Shown: positions 42,435 to 57,217, counted from the first letter of the stretch. The stretch is DNA of 64,000 bases from Octopus vulgaris (GCA_951406725.2 OX597819.1:8122001-8186000); one strand, 5' to 3'. Translations and numbers: made by a program. The notes: generated by a model not told the origin, from the sequence alone.

Positions 42435-42934
42435 ATATCTGAGAAGAATTGTATAATCAAAATTTAAGGACCTTTAACATACACTAAATCATCAGATGTG
42501 CAATCTTTACCAAATATAGGCACTCCCAGAAATACTTAGTGTAATACTATATAACCCATCGCCCACCATCTCCACCAAACAATGCCCTACATCAACGAAC
42601 TCATAATTGAGCAAATGCGACTAAATATTGTATGAGCCTACCAACAGAGAAAATTAAATCACTGTTCCCTCATGATTCACTGCCTTACCTTTAATCTATT
42701 TTTCTTCCGATCTGCGTTTTCCTCTCCCTTTTTGTTAACCTCCTTTCTCCCCAACATACCACTAAATTCTCCACTTGGAGGCCTATGTACATATGGGCCA
42801 TCATACATCGTCTTTAGAAGTATAAGTTAGTATACAGGGACTATGCCTGTATATGCACAATTTAAATTATACATAGAGATATGTATGTATACGTAACTAT
42901 AGGAGAAATACACGTGTACAGTACGTAGATTTCT

Positions 42935-43357
42935 TTTTCTCTTTTTCTCTTTTACTTGTTTCAGTCATTTGACTGCGGCCATGCTGGAGCACCGCCTTTT
43001 TGTCGAGTAACTCGACCCCGGGACTTATTCTTTGTAAGCCCAGTACTTATTCTATCGGTCTCTTTTGCCAAACCGCTAAGTGACGGGGACTTAAACACAC
43101 CAGCATCGGTTGTCAAGCAATGCTAGGGGGACAAACACAAACACACAAACATATACACTCACATACATATATATATACATATATACATATATACATATAT
43201 ACGACAGGCTTCTTTGAGTTTCCGTCTACCAAATCCTCTCACAAGGCACTGGTCGGCCCGAGGCTATAGTAGAAGACACTTGCCCAAGATGCCACGCAGT
43301 GGGACTGAACCCAGAACCATGTGGCTGGTTAGCAAGCTACTTACCACACAGCCACTC
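42935..43357 (-). mobile_element. SINE family B, near full length
   Basis: Reverse complement of 42025-42434. Confidence 0.92.
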
Positions 43358-43706
43358 ATCAACTATATGTGCAACATCACGTGCATACTGTTCATTTAGG
43401 TGTGTATATTTCTGTGCACACATATATGTGTATGCACCTATGTGTGTGCGTATGCATGTAGGCGTTTACGTTCCTTTGTGTAGATTGGTGAAATCCAGCT
43501 GTATATTTCACTGAGTATATATGCATAAATGGAGAGATGTTACCTGTAAGTGTGCACGCGTGAATATGCATGAACTCTGCATGTATATACGCATAATTAC
43601 ACCACACATTCTATGTACTATGTCCACAAATGGTTAAACCCAGGGGGTAGTACTATGCACGCGAGAATATAGTTAAACATGTTCATATATATGTATGTAT
43701 GTATGT

Positions 43707-44060
43707 AGAAAAATATAAACTGGGACAAGAACATAAAACATTTAGAAGACGATACAAAAAACACGGACAGGACATTCGAAGCCTTCAATCTTCAGTCAAG
43801 AACCGGATGATCCTAGCAATTTCGGCTGATTAATCCCGAGATCGCTCTGATCCGGCCAGCCCCAAGGAAAAACTAAGCTACGAGCATTAGATTTCTTGGA
43901 AGAAGGATCGAATGTATACGAAACAGGGACAGAAAAACGGACGATGCCACACGAATATAAAATACAAAAAACAATAATGGTAAAAACAGGACAAAAAACA
44001 GCGGGTGTCTTACGACTAATAAACAGTACAACAAGTTTAGCTGGCGTATCTGGAGAAGTG
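43707..44060 (-). mobile_element. Probable Penelope-like remnant, homologous to 37105-37247
   Basis: GATACAAAAAACACGGAC..CATTCGAAGCCT..ATCTTCAGTCAAG..GCAATTTCGGCTGATTAATC. Confidence 0.5.
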
Positions 44061-44315
44061 TGTGTGTATATGTGTGTGTGTATATATAGAGAGAGAGCTA
44101 GCTAGCTAGCTAGATAAATAGATAGATAGATAGATAAATATACACACACTCGTAAGCGTTTATTAAGGTATGGTAGCCTCCATATTTAAAGCTCCACTGA
44201 ATGGTTTAAAGATAGCTTTAAACCGATGAAAAGGGAGATAATTTACTACCACCCGTATTATGATTACGTTCTCTGAACTGTAACAACTTGGTTTCAGTGG
44301 AAAATAAAATATAGA

Positions 44316-44542
44316 GAGTACGAAACGGAGTACGGGAGTACGAAACGGAGTACGGGAGTATGAAACGGAGTACGGGAGTATGAAACGGAGTACGGGAGTA
44401 CGAAACGGAGTACGGGAGTACGAAACGGAGTACGGGAGTACGAAACGGAGTACGGGAGTATGAAACGGAGTACGGGAGTATGAAACGGAGTACGGGAGTA
44501 CGAAACGGAGTACGGGAGTATGAAACGGAGTACGGGAGTATG
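44316..44542. repeat. 20-bp minisatellite GAGTAYGAAACGGAGTACGG, 11 copies
   Basis: Directly counted; a single variable C/T position. Confidence 0.97.
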
Positions 44543-44758
44543 CAACAGGCAGTGCATTCTGTATTGTGAAATTGTATGTCATCGTTATTAAACCTCCAGC
44601 TTCTCTGTTGGCATTAATGTTCTCTAATTCACATCAAGAACTGTAAGTCTTGTTCAGACTATAGAAACTTTATGTGTTTGTACATGTGTGGCATATATAT
44701 GTATGTAAAATCATATAGTTCGTATATATGTAATATATATTTATATATATACATATAT

Positions 44759-44817
<59 letters not shown>

Positions 44818-44830
44818 TATACATACATAC

Positions 44831-44868
<38 letters not shown>

Positions 44869-44901
44869 TACATATATATATACATATATATACATATATA
44901 C

Positions 44902-44962
<61 letters not shown>

Positions 44963-45079
44963 GAACATGTTTAACTATATTCCCACTGGGTTTAACCATT
45001 TGTGGAAATAGTACGTAGAATATGTCGTGTAATTATGCGTATATACTTGCAGAATTCATGCATATTCACACGTGCTCAC

Positions 45080-45120
<41 letters not shown>

Positions 45121-46709
45121 TAGATAGATACATGTGTGTTTATGTATCTTTATATGCGGTGTATATATATATATATAAGTATACATGTATGTATGCATGT
45201 ATGTAAAACATGTATGAAAAACCTAACATTTGCATGTAGTTGCACAAGAATTGTGCACACATTTGTCGAAAATGTTTCAACCGTAACCATTCCATATTTT
45301 TCCAGGCACAGTGTATCAAAGACTACATTATCAAATATGCACTTTTCAATGACTCTTTTAACATATTATTGCTTGCGAGCCGTTCTACCATGATGAGAAA
45401 TTTTCGCTGGTGTTTCTAAATAGTGACTCTTTCAATTTGCTTATTCCGCATTCACAGAATTTACACCTAGAAGAAAATAACATCTTTCTGCGATCACCAA
45501 TATATCTAATGCATCTATTACAAACTGAGTATAGTTTTAAATGCTAAGTATTTCCCTCAAATATTGGGCTCTAGTCAGTTACTATTTTCACTTATTTTCT
45601 AAACTTTCTAAATCTGGTTCTTCTGATCAGAAGTCTTACAAGTTAGTGGATAAAATCTATAGTTAATACTGATGCTTTTTAGTCAATTGACATAGTGAAG
45701 AGACTTATCCATCTATTAAGATTACCAATCGAATATAATGAGGTTTATATTACCACTGATCAAACTAGCTATATTTCGCCATTGCTTTCTAGGCGATATA
45801 TTTCGTTTGAGCTTCGCCCGAGCGTAACAGTAACGTTGTTAACAGAATTGACTATGAGATTTCGTTTTCTTTTAAAGTGACCTTTGACCAGTTAATATAT
45901 ATATATATATGAAATCTGGCAGAAATATTAAAAGATGAATGATAAATAGCAAAATCATGTGGAATAGTCGTACGTCACGCCCAGTCATTTTATTGATATG
46001 AAATCTGGTCTTCTCCGGCCATATTTTGCCTGAAAAGAATGAATTTCATTTAGAATTATGTTTAGAAAGTAAGGCAAACTAAGCTAAAGTCTAAATGATG
46101 TTATAGATGAAATCTGACATTTAGTTGACAAGGCTTTCCATCAAAATCAATAGAATTAATTTAATGTCCTGTATTGTTCATCAAAGGAAATTGGAATTTG
46201 CTTTGTTGAATTCCATTTTGCTTACAAAATTATTCGTAACCAACTGCAATCAATTCTGAAACTGAAGAGAAGAATTAGTTGTATGATATGTTTGCATTGC
46301 AGATATGATTCTGTAAAACATTATTATATAAGCTCATTCATTTTACGTTCTTTAATCAATATATTACTACAATCAGATAATGTTCTGAAGTATTGATAGA
46401 ATGGGCATCAGACTGTGGTATTGTTGAAAATACTTATTTGAACTAACTTCAAGTGGAATACTTAATTGAACATATCTGTGAGTTTTACTTGTTCAGGTGG
46501 AATTTCTCTTTCGGTCAATGACGTGTGGGGTGTAAAAGGACTTCTGCTTAGTCAAGTGAACTGCCAAAACCGCAGTGATGCTTTTATTTTTTAGCATGCT
46601 ACATCCTATGGTTTTAAAAATGTCGTATTGAATAAAATCTACCAAAATGCAAACACTATATCTGAATATGAGATATAACGATTAGGGATAGAATGTTTTT
46701 GATCATATG

Positions 46710-46953
46710 TATTTCTTTTACTACCCACAAGGGGCTAAACACAGAGGGAACAAACAAGGACAGACAAACGGATTAAGTCAATTACATCGACCCCAGTGCG
46801 TAACTGATACTTAATTTATCGACCCCGAAAGGATGAAAGGCAAAGTCGACCTCGGCGGAATTTGAACCCAGAACGTAACGGCAGACGAAATACGGCTTCG
46901 CATTTCGCCCGGCGTGCTAACGTTTCTGCCAGCTCGCAACCTTCCTCGCCACC
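46710..46953 (-). mobile_element. SINE family C with 16-bp TSD
   Basis: TSD TGTTTTTGATCATATG at 46694-46709 and 46954-46969. Confidence 0.9.
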
Positions 46954-47167
46954 TGTTTTTGATCATATGATTGTGCGATGACGGTTGGTGTGGAGCTAAC
47001 CAACTAAACAGACAACAAAGAAATATACGCGGTATAACACTCGGGGAGAGACTCATACATGTACATATATGTGTGTGTATGTGTGTGTGTCTATATATAT
47101 ATATCTTTATTGCATACATACATACACATAATAAGAGAGTTATAGATATGTGAATGCATATATAAAC

Positions 47168-47286
47168 ATAGACATATTATCGCTTTGAATGCATCGGTTC
47201 TAGTCCGATGACCGAAATTAAGCAACGTCAACTCTAGTTATTACTTAGATGGGTGACCGTTTAGGAAACGTAGGCGTTGTAAGCAT
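47168..47286 (+). pseudogene. 5S rRNA-derived sequence (pseudogene or SINE3 head)
   Basis: GCATCGGTTCTAGTCCGATGACCGAAATTAAGCAACGTC..TAGTTATTACTTAGATGGGTGACCGTTTAGGAAACGTAGGCGTTGTAAGCA matches the recalled metazoan 5S pattern (GTCCGATCACCGAAGTTAAGC..GTTAGTACTTGGATGGGTGACCGCCTGGGAA..GTTGTAGGC), including the A and C boxes. Confidence 0.85.
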
Positions 47287-47335
47287 CTCACACTTATTAT
47301 TGCTTCCCACGGTGGTGCTCCAGCATGACCGCAGC

Positions 47336-47404
<69 letters not shown>

Positions 47405-47574
47405 TCCGAGTAAAAGGGGAGAGAGAGGGGAGGAAGAGAGGGACTAAGGGGAGAGATGGAGAGAGGGTCAGATGGTGAAAATGAGAGTGAAGGCGTGTGA
47501 TACATGCGTGTGTGTGCAAAAGTGTATTTACACTATATGTACTTACACAGACACACACAGATACACACACACAT

Positions 47575-47623
<49 letters not shown>

Positions 47624-48189
47624 AAATTACATATATGTAAATATATGGGTGATACAGAAAGAATTTGATGAGTGCTTCGCCCGAGAGACAAAACTCTGTG
47701 GAATAAAACTACCTGCTCATATTTATAAAAGGAAAACAATAGAGTAACCTTCACGATTGATTCGTGTTCAAGCCTGAACACCCCTTGTATATAGTCGCCG
47801 GCCGTTCGACATAAACCCATCATTCAATACAGATTTAAGTGGAGCTTGGGGGGTCTCGTTTGCACGTCCACATCTTAGTTTCGTAAGCTACCGGCTCTAC
47901 TGTATTCTTGCCTGTAGATTTTATCCTTGTCAAGCAAACACTGTTCTTATATAGCACTGTCAAGTTAAACATTCTCCAAAGAGAAACTACTCAGTAGGTC
48001 CTCAGCGCTTTTCAAAATCGCTCCCATCGTCGCTCATACCTTCCACTAACCCTTTTTGACGTTTCGCCCAACGCATTATACAACTGTCAGTTTAGAGTGA
48101 GCGCTTGGGAACACTTATTAAAAAAGGATTTTTTTAAATGTCATAAAGCCAGACAATTTGAAGAAGGAGTAGAATTGATTAAATTGATG

Positions 48190-48396
48190 GTTTCAAATTT
48201 TAGCATATGGCCAGTAATTTCAGAGGAAGGAGTGAGTCGATTATATTGAACCTAGTGATCAATTGGTACTTATTTTATCGATCCCGAAACGATAAAAAGG
48301 CAAAGTCGATCTCGGAGGAATTTAAACGTACAGGCGGATGACATGCCGCTAAGCATTTTGCCCGGCGTGCTAACGATTCTGTTGGCTCGCCGCCTT
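48190..48396 (-). mobile_element. SINE family C
   Basis: MetaSINE-like core plus head, reverse complemented. Confidence 0.8.
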
Positions 48397-49099
48397 AATC
48401 GATTGAATTAAAGTCAGTTCTTGATGAGTATTAGTTTTAATGCAAAGTTTAACCTAGATGGAATTTTCATTGTGTAACAAAATTATGCATTTCGGTTAAA
48501 TTGTTGACTCGAATATATCGGCTACAGTAGCTGATTTTGGTTGGTACATGTTTAACCGACTACAGAATAATGGAGTGACTAACTACCCTATCAGGGTGTG
48601 TATTTTGCCTTTACGAATTTTGTAAGTCAAGTGCTATTTGGAACACGTGGTTCGATTATAAGGATTTCTATCTTGGATGCCTTGCTCTTGTTCTCTGTAT
48701 ACTTCACTGTTCGTATTCCCATTCCGATGTTGACTCTTATTTCATATAAATTATCAGCATAAATTTAGGATGAAAAATATATTTAAAATTATTTAAGAAT
48801 AAGCATTTCTAAAATAACAAAAAATAAAAACATATAATCATAAAAGTATGATTTTCATAAGGTTCAGCGGACGGATATAAAGTGGACTTAATCAACATTA
48901 ATATATTTACTGGTGATTATTTTATCGACTGTGACTTGATGCTATATTGAAGTCTACCGAGTGCGAATTATCTGGAAACGAGATGAAAGTGTTCTCTAAT
49001 GTATGCATAACTCATCTATTCCAACTAAAGCAATACAAGAGATGAAACACTTGCAGACTCTGTGTGTGTGTGTGTGTGTGTGTGATAAAGCATTAATGG

Positions 49100-49477
49100 A
49101 TGGAAGTCGGTTACGACGACGAGGGTTCCGGTTGATCCGATCAACGGAACAGCCTGCTCGTGAAATTAACGTGTAAGTGGCTGAGCACTCCACAGACACG
49201 TGTACCCTTAACGTAGTTCTCGGGGATATTCAGCGTGATACAGAGAGTGACAAGGCCGGCCCTTTGAAATACAGGTACAACAGAAACAGGAAGTAAGAGT
49301 GAGAGGAAGTTGTGGTGAAAGAGTACAGCAGGGATCACCACCATCCCCTACCGGAGCCTCGTGGAGCTTTAGGTGTTTTCGCTCAATAAACACTCACAAC
49401 GTCCGGTCTGGGAATCGAAACCGCGATCCTACGACCGCGAGTCCGCTGCCCTAACCACTGGGCCATTGCGCCTCCAC
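49100..49477 (-). mobile_element. SINE family A, near full length
   Basis: Reverse complement of family A. Confidence 0.92.
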
Positions 49478-49709
49478 AACTTTGTGAACAATATCGATAT
49501 GAATAATGTACAAATGTCTAGTATAACAATGAATTCCATTAAAATAGCTTAAGAAGTATAATTTTAAATAAACTAGACTGTCAGTGAAATAAAAAAGCTA
49601 ATTTCTTGTTTTGATTTTATTAATCTATTTCACTGAAATAAATTGGTTCACATTTCACATAACAGATGTATACAGTTTTTAACCGTAAATACTATATTTC
49701 ATAATATTG

Positions 49710-49908
49710 ATTTCAAATTTTGGCCCAAGACCAGGAGATACAGGGAGGGGTTAAGACAATTAAATTGACATCACTTATTTTATTGACCCCGAAAGGATGA
49801 AAGGTAAATTCAACCTTGGCAGCATTTCAACTCAGAACGTGAAGACGGACGAAATGCCGCTTAACATTTTGCTCGGCGCTGAAACAATTCTGCCAGCTCG
49901 CCGCCTTA
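49710..49908 (-). mobile_element. SINE family C
   Basis: GACCCCGAAAGGATGAAAGG..CTGCCAGCTCGCCGCCTT. Confidence 0.8.
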
Positions 49909-50002
49909 TGTATTTCATAATATTAACTTTTGTGTGAAAAGTTTTACAATAAAAAACAATGTTATAATACAAGTGTTTAATGTTATCTTGTTTAATGTTT
50001 AA

Positions 50003-50193
50003 TGTTGTACCTGTATTTCAAAGGGCCGGCCTTGTCACTCTCTGTGTCACGCTGAATATCCCCCGAGAACTACGTTAAGGGTACACGTGTCTGTGGAGTG
50101 CTCAGCCACTTACACGTTAATTTCACGAGCAGGCTGTTCCGTTGATTCGGATCAACCGGAAACCTCGTCGTCGTAACCGAAGGAGTGCTTCCA
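50003..50193 (+). mobile_element. SINE family A, 5'-truncated
   Basis: Matches the 3' half of family A. Confidence 0.9.
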
Positions 50194-51009
50194 TTCTATT
50201 GTTCACAAAGCTATCTCACATCTGTAGTGAAGTATAATATAAAAATACATCAGCGAAGCAGTCAAATTTCCGCAAATTACTTTCGCCGTCTCGAAAGGTA
50301 TTTACAAAACAGTCGGGTGTTTACGGCTGGAATATCTCTCACATGGGGCGAAATACACGTTTAAATTACAGAGCTAGCAGACCTACAACTAAAAGGTGAG
50401 GGTTCTCTACCTATGAACTTGATCGGAAATTGTCTTTACGACTATGGTTATCTTAGTTTCCCCATAAAGCAAAACGCTAAAGACTAACAGCAAAATTTCC
50501 TGACAATATTTCACTTCACAATTCTTGATCAAAAGCGTTCATAACAACCCAACAAGAAATTCAATGATATTCACACTCCATGCAAGAAATGGCAGCTACA
50601 TTTATCTTAACACTCTTTTCCGTCATACAAAGAAGGAAAGACACATACCATAATGTATCCCTAGATACATTATGCAATGTGTCCTTGGTCACTGTTGGAA
50701 CGTCTTTGATTACAGACCGGCAACACCAGCAAAATGAGTTTCTCTTTGTGTGTGAGATATTCAAAACATCGAAACATAAACGCATTTACTAATTAAAGGA
50801 TTTTACATTATTTTAGGAAAAAACAATTAAAGATTTTGATTTATTTTCCAAACTAAAAACTGACTTTATGAATAAGTGAATATAGCAGGTTGATTCGACG
50901 ACCCTAGAATCGTTATAGTTATCATCATAATCATCATCATACTCGTCCTCCACCTCCTCCTCGTTTTTGCCCCCTTCCTCCTCCTCCTACTCCTCCTCCC
51001 CCGCCTCCT

Positions 51010-52631
<1,622 letters not shown>

Positions 52632-52633
<2 letters not shown>

Positions 52634-53050
52634 CACACAACGAAACAATCCTAGCATCGGGGTTCAAGTAACCTTAGATGTCGAGAACCCTCCTAAGTAC
52701 CCTAGCTGTTTTCTGAAGCAGTACTAAACTGGGTTTTTATGCTTATTTCCTCTATCCATCAGTTTAAATATTTAGGGATATTTCCCAATGCACCTATAAC
52801 CACTGGGATACATTTTACTATAATACAATGGCTACGTGCTGGTACTTTCCTATTTTTCTATACCTCTCCTATTGATTTTTTATCTTTTGAAATTTTGACA
52901 TCAACAACAGCAACACTATGCATGTACGAATCGCTTTGGGTATGAACAAGAGCAATGATAAAATGGCTTTTGCTAATGTTTTATCCAACAAAAAAATTCT
53001 CAATATGAAACATTTTCCGGAAATGTCAAAATCTGGTAACATTTTGGGCA
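52632..53050 (-). mobile_element. Decayed Dong/R4 LINE 3' end
   Basis: Minus strand IPVVIGALGNIPKYLN..VLRRVLDI*, then a short 3'UTR and the (AAT)n tail. Confidence 0.75.
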
Positions 53051-53100
53051 CCGAACTGAAGACATCCTACCATAAGTAATTATGTATATAAAGAAAAGCG

Positions 53101-53401
53101 GATCTAGGACTTTTCGTCTAAAACACTTCGGTCTAATGCACTATGGTCTAAATAACTTTGGTCTAATGTAACTCTTGTATAAATACACTATAGTCTAAAG
53201 ACATTCTTGTCTAAACTCACTTTGGTCTAATAACTGTTTTGTCTATGGAATTTTTAAACAATGTAAAAGATCTAAATAAATATACTCTAATAATATTTTT
53301 TGTCTTTAGACAAAATGCTTAGAGGAGAGTGTCTTTAGAGGATAATGCTTTTAGACCAAAATGTCTTAGACTAAAGTGGTTTACACCAAAGTACCATATC
53401 C
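53101..53401. mobile_element. Foldback-type MITE built from ~15-bp subrepeats in inverted arms
   Basis: Left arm repeats ACTTTGGTCTAA-like units about 9 times; right arm repeats TTAGACCAAAGT-like units about 6 times; ends GGAT...ATCC. Confidence 0.7.
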
Positions 53402-53634
53402 TCAAAAAATAACGTAATCCCCGTCTTGTGACAAAAACAACAAGTTTTCTGATCCTATCTTAACTGGAACTGTAGGAAACCTACGATATATTTTACGTGA
53501 AATATTCTTCTTTACGAGCGGAAGGTCATATGGCACGATATATTTTATTTTTAAATTTAAGGGGCGAACATCGAATCCCAGATAGTGAAGCATCACTTTG
53601 TAAGCTGGTCCCCTAACATTTGAGGGTAAACAAG

Positions 53635-53846
53635 GTGTTCGCTAGGGGAACAAACACACACACACACATATATATATACATATATACGGCAGGCTTCTTT
53701 CAGTTTCCGTCTACCAAATCCACTCACAAGGCATTGGTCGGCCCGGGGCTATAGCAGAAGACAATTGCCCAAGATGCCACGCAGTGGGACTGAACCCGGA
53801 ACCATGTGGTTGGTTAGCAAGCTACTTACCACACAGCCACTCCTGC
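53635..53846 (-). mobile_element. SINE family B, 5' half
   Basis: Reverse complement of the family B head. Confidence 0.88.
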
Positions 53847-54401
53847 TTATACGTATGTATATATTCTTAGCAAAAGATGTAAAATGAGAAAGAATAAGAA
53901 ACCAAACAGAGAGGATTTACTAGAAATAAAAGTAATAAGAAAAGAAACAAAAAATATATACAAACTTGCACAGTTGTATTTCAGTCATGTGACGTAACAA
54001 TGACGTCATCGAGCATTGACAACGTGACTTGATCTGAGCACTGCAAGAAGCGATGTTGGGTCCTTTGTGAGAACTGAATCTAATAGATCATGTGTTAAAT
54101 TAGCCATCGTTTCGTTAGACATAGAAATGGAATAGAAGAATAAAGGGATGAATAAACGAGATCTAATTAATATGCGCTATACTAATGGAATTAGTGAACC
54201 ACCCCACTTCACAGAGTCACAAAACCTATATATATCATATTTCTCTCTGGCTCACACTAATATAAATATGTACACACACACACACATGCTCATGTACTAA
54301 TTTGCATATATCGTATTATGTATGTGTCTGCATAAATATATTATCTCTGCTTTCCTGACTATTCTCATACTTCAACACATGACACATGCACGAATATATA
54401 C

Positions 54402-54557
<156 letters not shown>

Positions 54558-54917
54558 TTGTATATATATCAATTCATATATGTAAATATATATGTGTGTA
54601 TGCGAATGTGTGAATATATATGTATATTATATGTATGTATAGGTGCATGTATATGTGGGTGGTGTATGTTGCATGTGTAAAATGTACGAGATGTATGTGC
54701 ATGAGCGTATGCATATGCATGCATTGTGTAGGTTGTGTGCATGTGTATAGAGAGATGCAAACTCTTCGTAAGTCTTACATGTGAAGAGGTGTGAAAATAT
54801 TTCTGAGTCAGTTTCTTTATATTTATAAGCGTACACGCATCTACCTATCTGCCAACATCCATCCGTCCATCCAACCAGTCATCCATCTCTACCTCACCTC
54901 CTCCCTCCTTCCCTCCC

Positions 54918-54950
<33 letters not shown>

Positions 54951-55037
54951 GTATAGTATACATATAGACATATAGACATACATATACACACATTCACACG
55001 CACCAACTTATACATACGTACATATATGCATACATGC

Positions 55038-55111
<74 letters not shown>

Positions 55112-55495
55112 GATAAAAATCATATTGTTGCTTATTTTGTTTCAACTGGACATCTTCTATGAATTTTCATTTTCAAAGAAGAATAAATCAACCATTCTCT
55201 GTTTATGGTATAATTGGAATTTTCTGAGAAATATTGATCTCTGAAGTTAATTAACATGGTCATGCATGCCTCGAAAAATGGTTTATTGTCGAAATAAGGC
55301 TGTCGTCCAACTAGATTTATTGTTTTAATATGTCTACCTTGGAGATATAGCGTTGAAATAGGTCTCTAGTTTTAAACTGGTTTCTAAATATGGCTGTCGC
55401 CTATAATAAGTATTATACACTGTGTTTATGCTATAAATATGTTAATCTAATAAGAGTAACTTTACTCTAAATATCTCTGTTTTTACACACACACA

Positions 55496-55538
<43 letters not shown>

Positions 55539-55646
55539 ACATATACATACGCGCACACACACACACATAATACATAATCATTCACAAAAACAATCATTCA
55601 TTTGACTGTCTTTTTCCACTGTCTCTCTGAATATTTCTGTGACTCA

Positions 55647-55862
<216 letters not shown>

Positions 55863-56304
55863 TTGTCTGTCTTGCTGTTTGTCTTTCTGTTTGTCTTTCC
55901 GTCTGTCTCTCTATTTCTCTATATACATCTACACACACACACACACACGTCGTATCCCTCTACACATACCTGTGCGCGATTGTGCGTGTATGTGTGTGTG
56001 TGTAAGTGAGCGTCATTTCGGATAGACTTTCGTCATAGCATCACTTTCTTTGTGATTAGTTAGTATTAGGTATTTTTAACTTTCTAGCTAACAATATCAT
56101 CGTTAGTACAGCACTGTTGCGGTATTTCCCATACATCTGTTGAAAATTCTTCCTGTAAATTTCGTCAATATTACATTAGTAACCAACTGCTATTTATAGC
56201 ATGGGTTTTTGGAAATCTGTCTAATTCTACTCTGGCTGGGAGGTGAATTGCCACTGAAAGCATCTAGATGTCCCGGAAGATTACTGAGAAATGAATATAT
56301 ATGC

Positions 56305-56506
56305 AGCACGGATTTTTGTCAGTGAACAGGTCGCGGATTTTAGCGACGAAAATATTTTGACAAATTAAACTTAAATGTTGAAGTGAATCGAACGGCTTTT
56401 GTGTGTTTCTTAAATGGCTTACAAACACCTTCCACACTGCAATTGTTTTCGTTTCAGCACACGATCTCAGATCAAATCACTTGCTATGCGAGTACATCTC
56501 CGTAAT
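56305..56506 (+). mobile_element. Probable Penelope-like remnant with a degenerate hammerhead-like motif
   Basis: TTTGTCA-GTGAACA-G-GTCGC-GGATTTTA-GCGAC-GAAA-ATAT-TT-TGACAAA. Confidence 0.45.
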
Positions 56507-56746
56507 ATACGCATATTTTCTGTATATGGTTATATTCGAGATTTATTCTTTTTAGCTATTTTAAATAGAGTTTGGTAATGTCACGAAGTAAGTTCTAATC
56601 AAATGTTGAGCAAAGACAGTGAATAAATGATTTTAATAGATGAAATTGTGTTACTTGTTAGAAACATGCGTTCCTTGTTATCGTATATGTGTGTATATGT
56701 GTGTATGTGTGTATGTGTGTGTATGCGTATATATATATATATATAT

Positions 56747-57100
56747 GCGTGGCATCTTGGGCAAGTGTCTTCTACTATAGCCTCGGGCCGACCAAACCCT
56801 TGTGAGTGGATTTGGTAGACGGAAACTGAAAGAAGCCCGTCGTATATATGTATATATATATATATATATATGCGTGTGTGTGTTTGTGTGTCTGTGTTTA
56901 TCCCCCTAGCATTGCTTGACAACCGATGCTGGTGTGTTTATGTCCCCGTTACTTAGCGGTTCGGCAAAAGAGACCGATAGAATAAGTACTGGGCTTACAA
57001 AAGAATAAGTCCCGGGGTCGAGTTGCTCGATTAAAGGTGGTGCTCCAGCATGGCCGCAGTCAAATGACTGAAACAAGTAAAAGAGTAATAGAGTAAAGAG
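56747..57100 (+). mobile_element. SINE family B, 5'-truncated
   Basis: Matches family B from GCGTGGCA.CTTGGGCAAG onward. Confidence 0.9.
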
Positions 57101-57186
57101 CATATATATATATATATATATATATGTGTATGTGTATATATATATATGTATATCTATCTATCTGTCTATCTATATCTATATCTATT

Positions 57187-57217
<31 letters not shown>

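Noticed and set aside
44316-44542. CRISPR-like regular repeat
   Set aside because: Units are contiguous with no unique spacers, there are no cas genes, and the context is eukaryotic.
47168-47286. Functional 5S rRNA gene
   Set aside because: Many substitutions, a degraded 5' end, no oligo-T terminator and not in an array.
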